From assembly GCF_023055435.1 (NCBI RefSeq), contig NW_025964013.1, forward strand, positions 4,278,001-4,342,000: a stretch of DNA of 64,000 bases. The letters run 5' to 3'. The notes under the pieces were generated by a model. It was not told where the DNA came from. It ran no database searches and saw nothing but the letters and a program-made list of their open reading frames with translations. The translations under genes and the position numbers were made by a program. Of this stretch, positions 63,430 through 64,000 are shown piece after piece. The stretch is from Haliotis rufescens (Eukaryota). The first letter of the stretch is position 1. Each line of letters begins with the position of its first letter.

Positions 63430-63850
63430 GGGGTGAGTGGACAATATTATTGGGGTGAGTGGGGGATGAGTTAGTAAGTGTATGGGGTTGGTGGGGTATT
63501 GGAGGTGTGTGGGATGTATGTGGGTGAGGGTATTGGGGTAGTGGGAGGAGGGGGGGGGGTGAGTGGGGGAGGGTTTTGGGGGTGAGTTGGTGAGTGTATT
63601 TGAGGTAAGTTTGAGGTGAGTTGATGAGGGTATTTGCGGGGAGGGGGATGTTGGTGGGGGTATTGAGGGTGAGTTGGAGATGAGTTGGTGGGCGTTTTGG
63701 GGATGAATGGGTGAGGGTATTGGGGTAAGGGGGTTATTGGGGGTGAGGGGGTGAAGGTATTGGGGTGAGGGGGTATTGAGGGTGAGTGGGTGAGGGTATT
63801 GGGGTGAGGGGGTATTGGGGGTGAGGGATGAAGGTATTGGGGGTTATCTC
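63430..63850. repeat. G/T-rich low-complexity tract downstream of the contactin stop
   Basis: Repeated ggggtgag / ggggtatt motifs, almost no C. Confidence 0.85.
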
Positions 63851-64000
63851 GGTGTGAGATAGAAGGGTTATACGGGAATGTGTTCATTAATAAGGCATTT
63901 TTCGTTCATTTCATCAGATTAAATCATTACCGTTCAGTTGTGTTATTTCAGTGCACGTGTATCGTCCCGTGTAGTAGGAAGGGTGTTGTTTCACCAAATA

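Overview
Eukaryotic (metazoan; probably lophotrochozoan/molluscan, by inference) genomic DNA with three N-gaps. The main gene is a complete invertebrate-type contactin on the + strand, reconstructed by hand: 24 coding exons, 24720-63068, 3702 nt = 1233 aa + stop, all GT-AG introns with consistent phases. Architecture is signal peptide, C-type lectin-like domain, 6 Ig, 4 FN3, GPI signal. The upstream 24 kb holds decayed Tc1/mariner elements, a FLYWCH/Mutator-like remnant, LINE/Penelope-like remnants, four SINE-like families and long minisatellites. All long repetitive ORFs in the ORF track are minisatellite read-throughs. The most striking unexplained pattern is that about eleven unrelated intronic tandem arrays start or end at, or within about 50 nt of, a contactin splice site. 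Several are built from the splice site itself (branch point, AG and exon start; exon end and GT donor; polypyrimidine tract), giving arrays of tens to about 100 decoy splice sites. Also noted: short palindromic, direct-repeat-flanked elements carrying a minimal hammerhead-ribozyme-like core (U3-A8 variant), and minisatellites that arose inside transposase genes.
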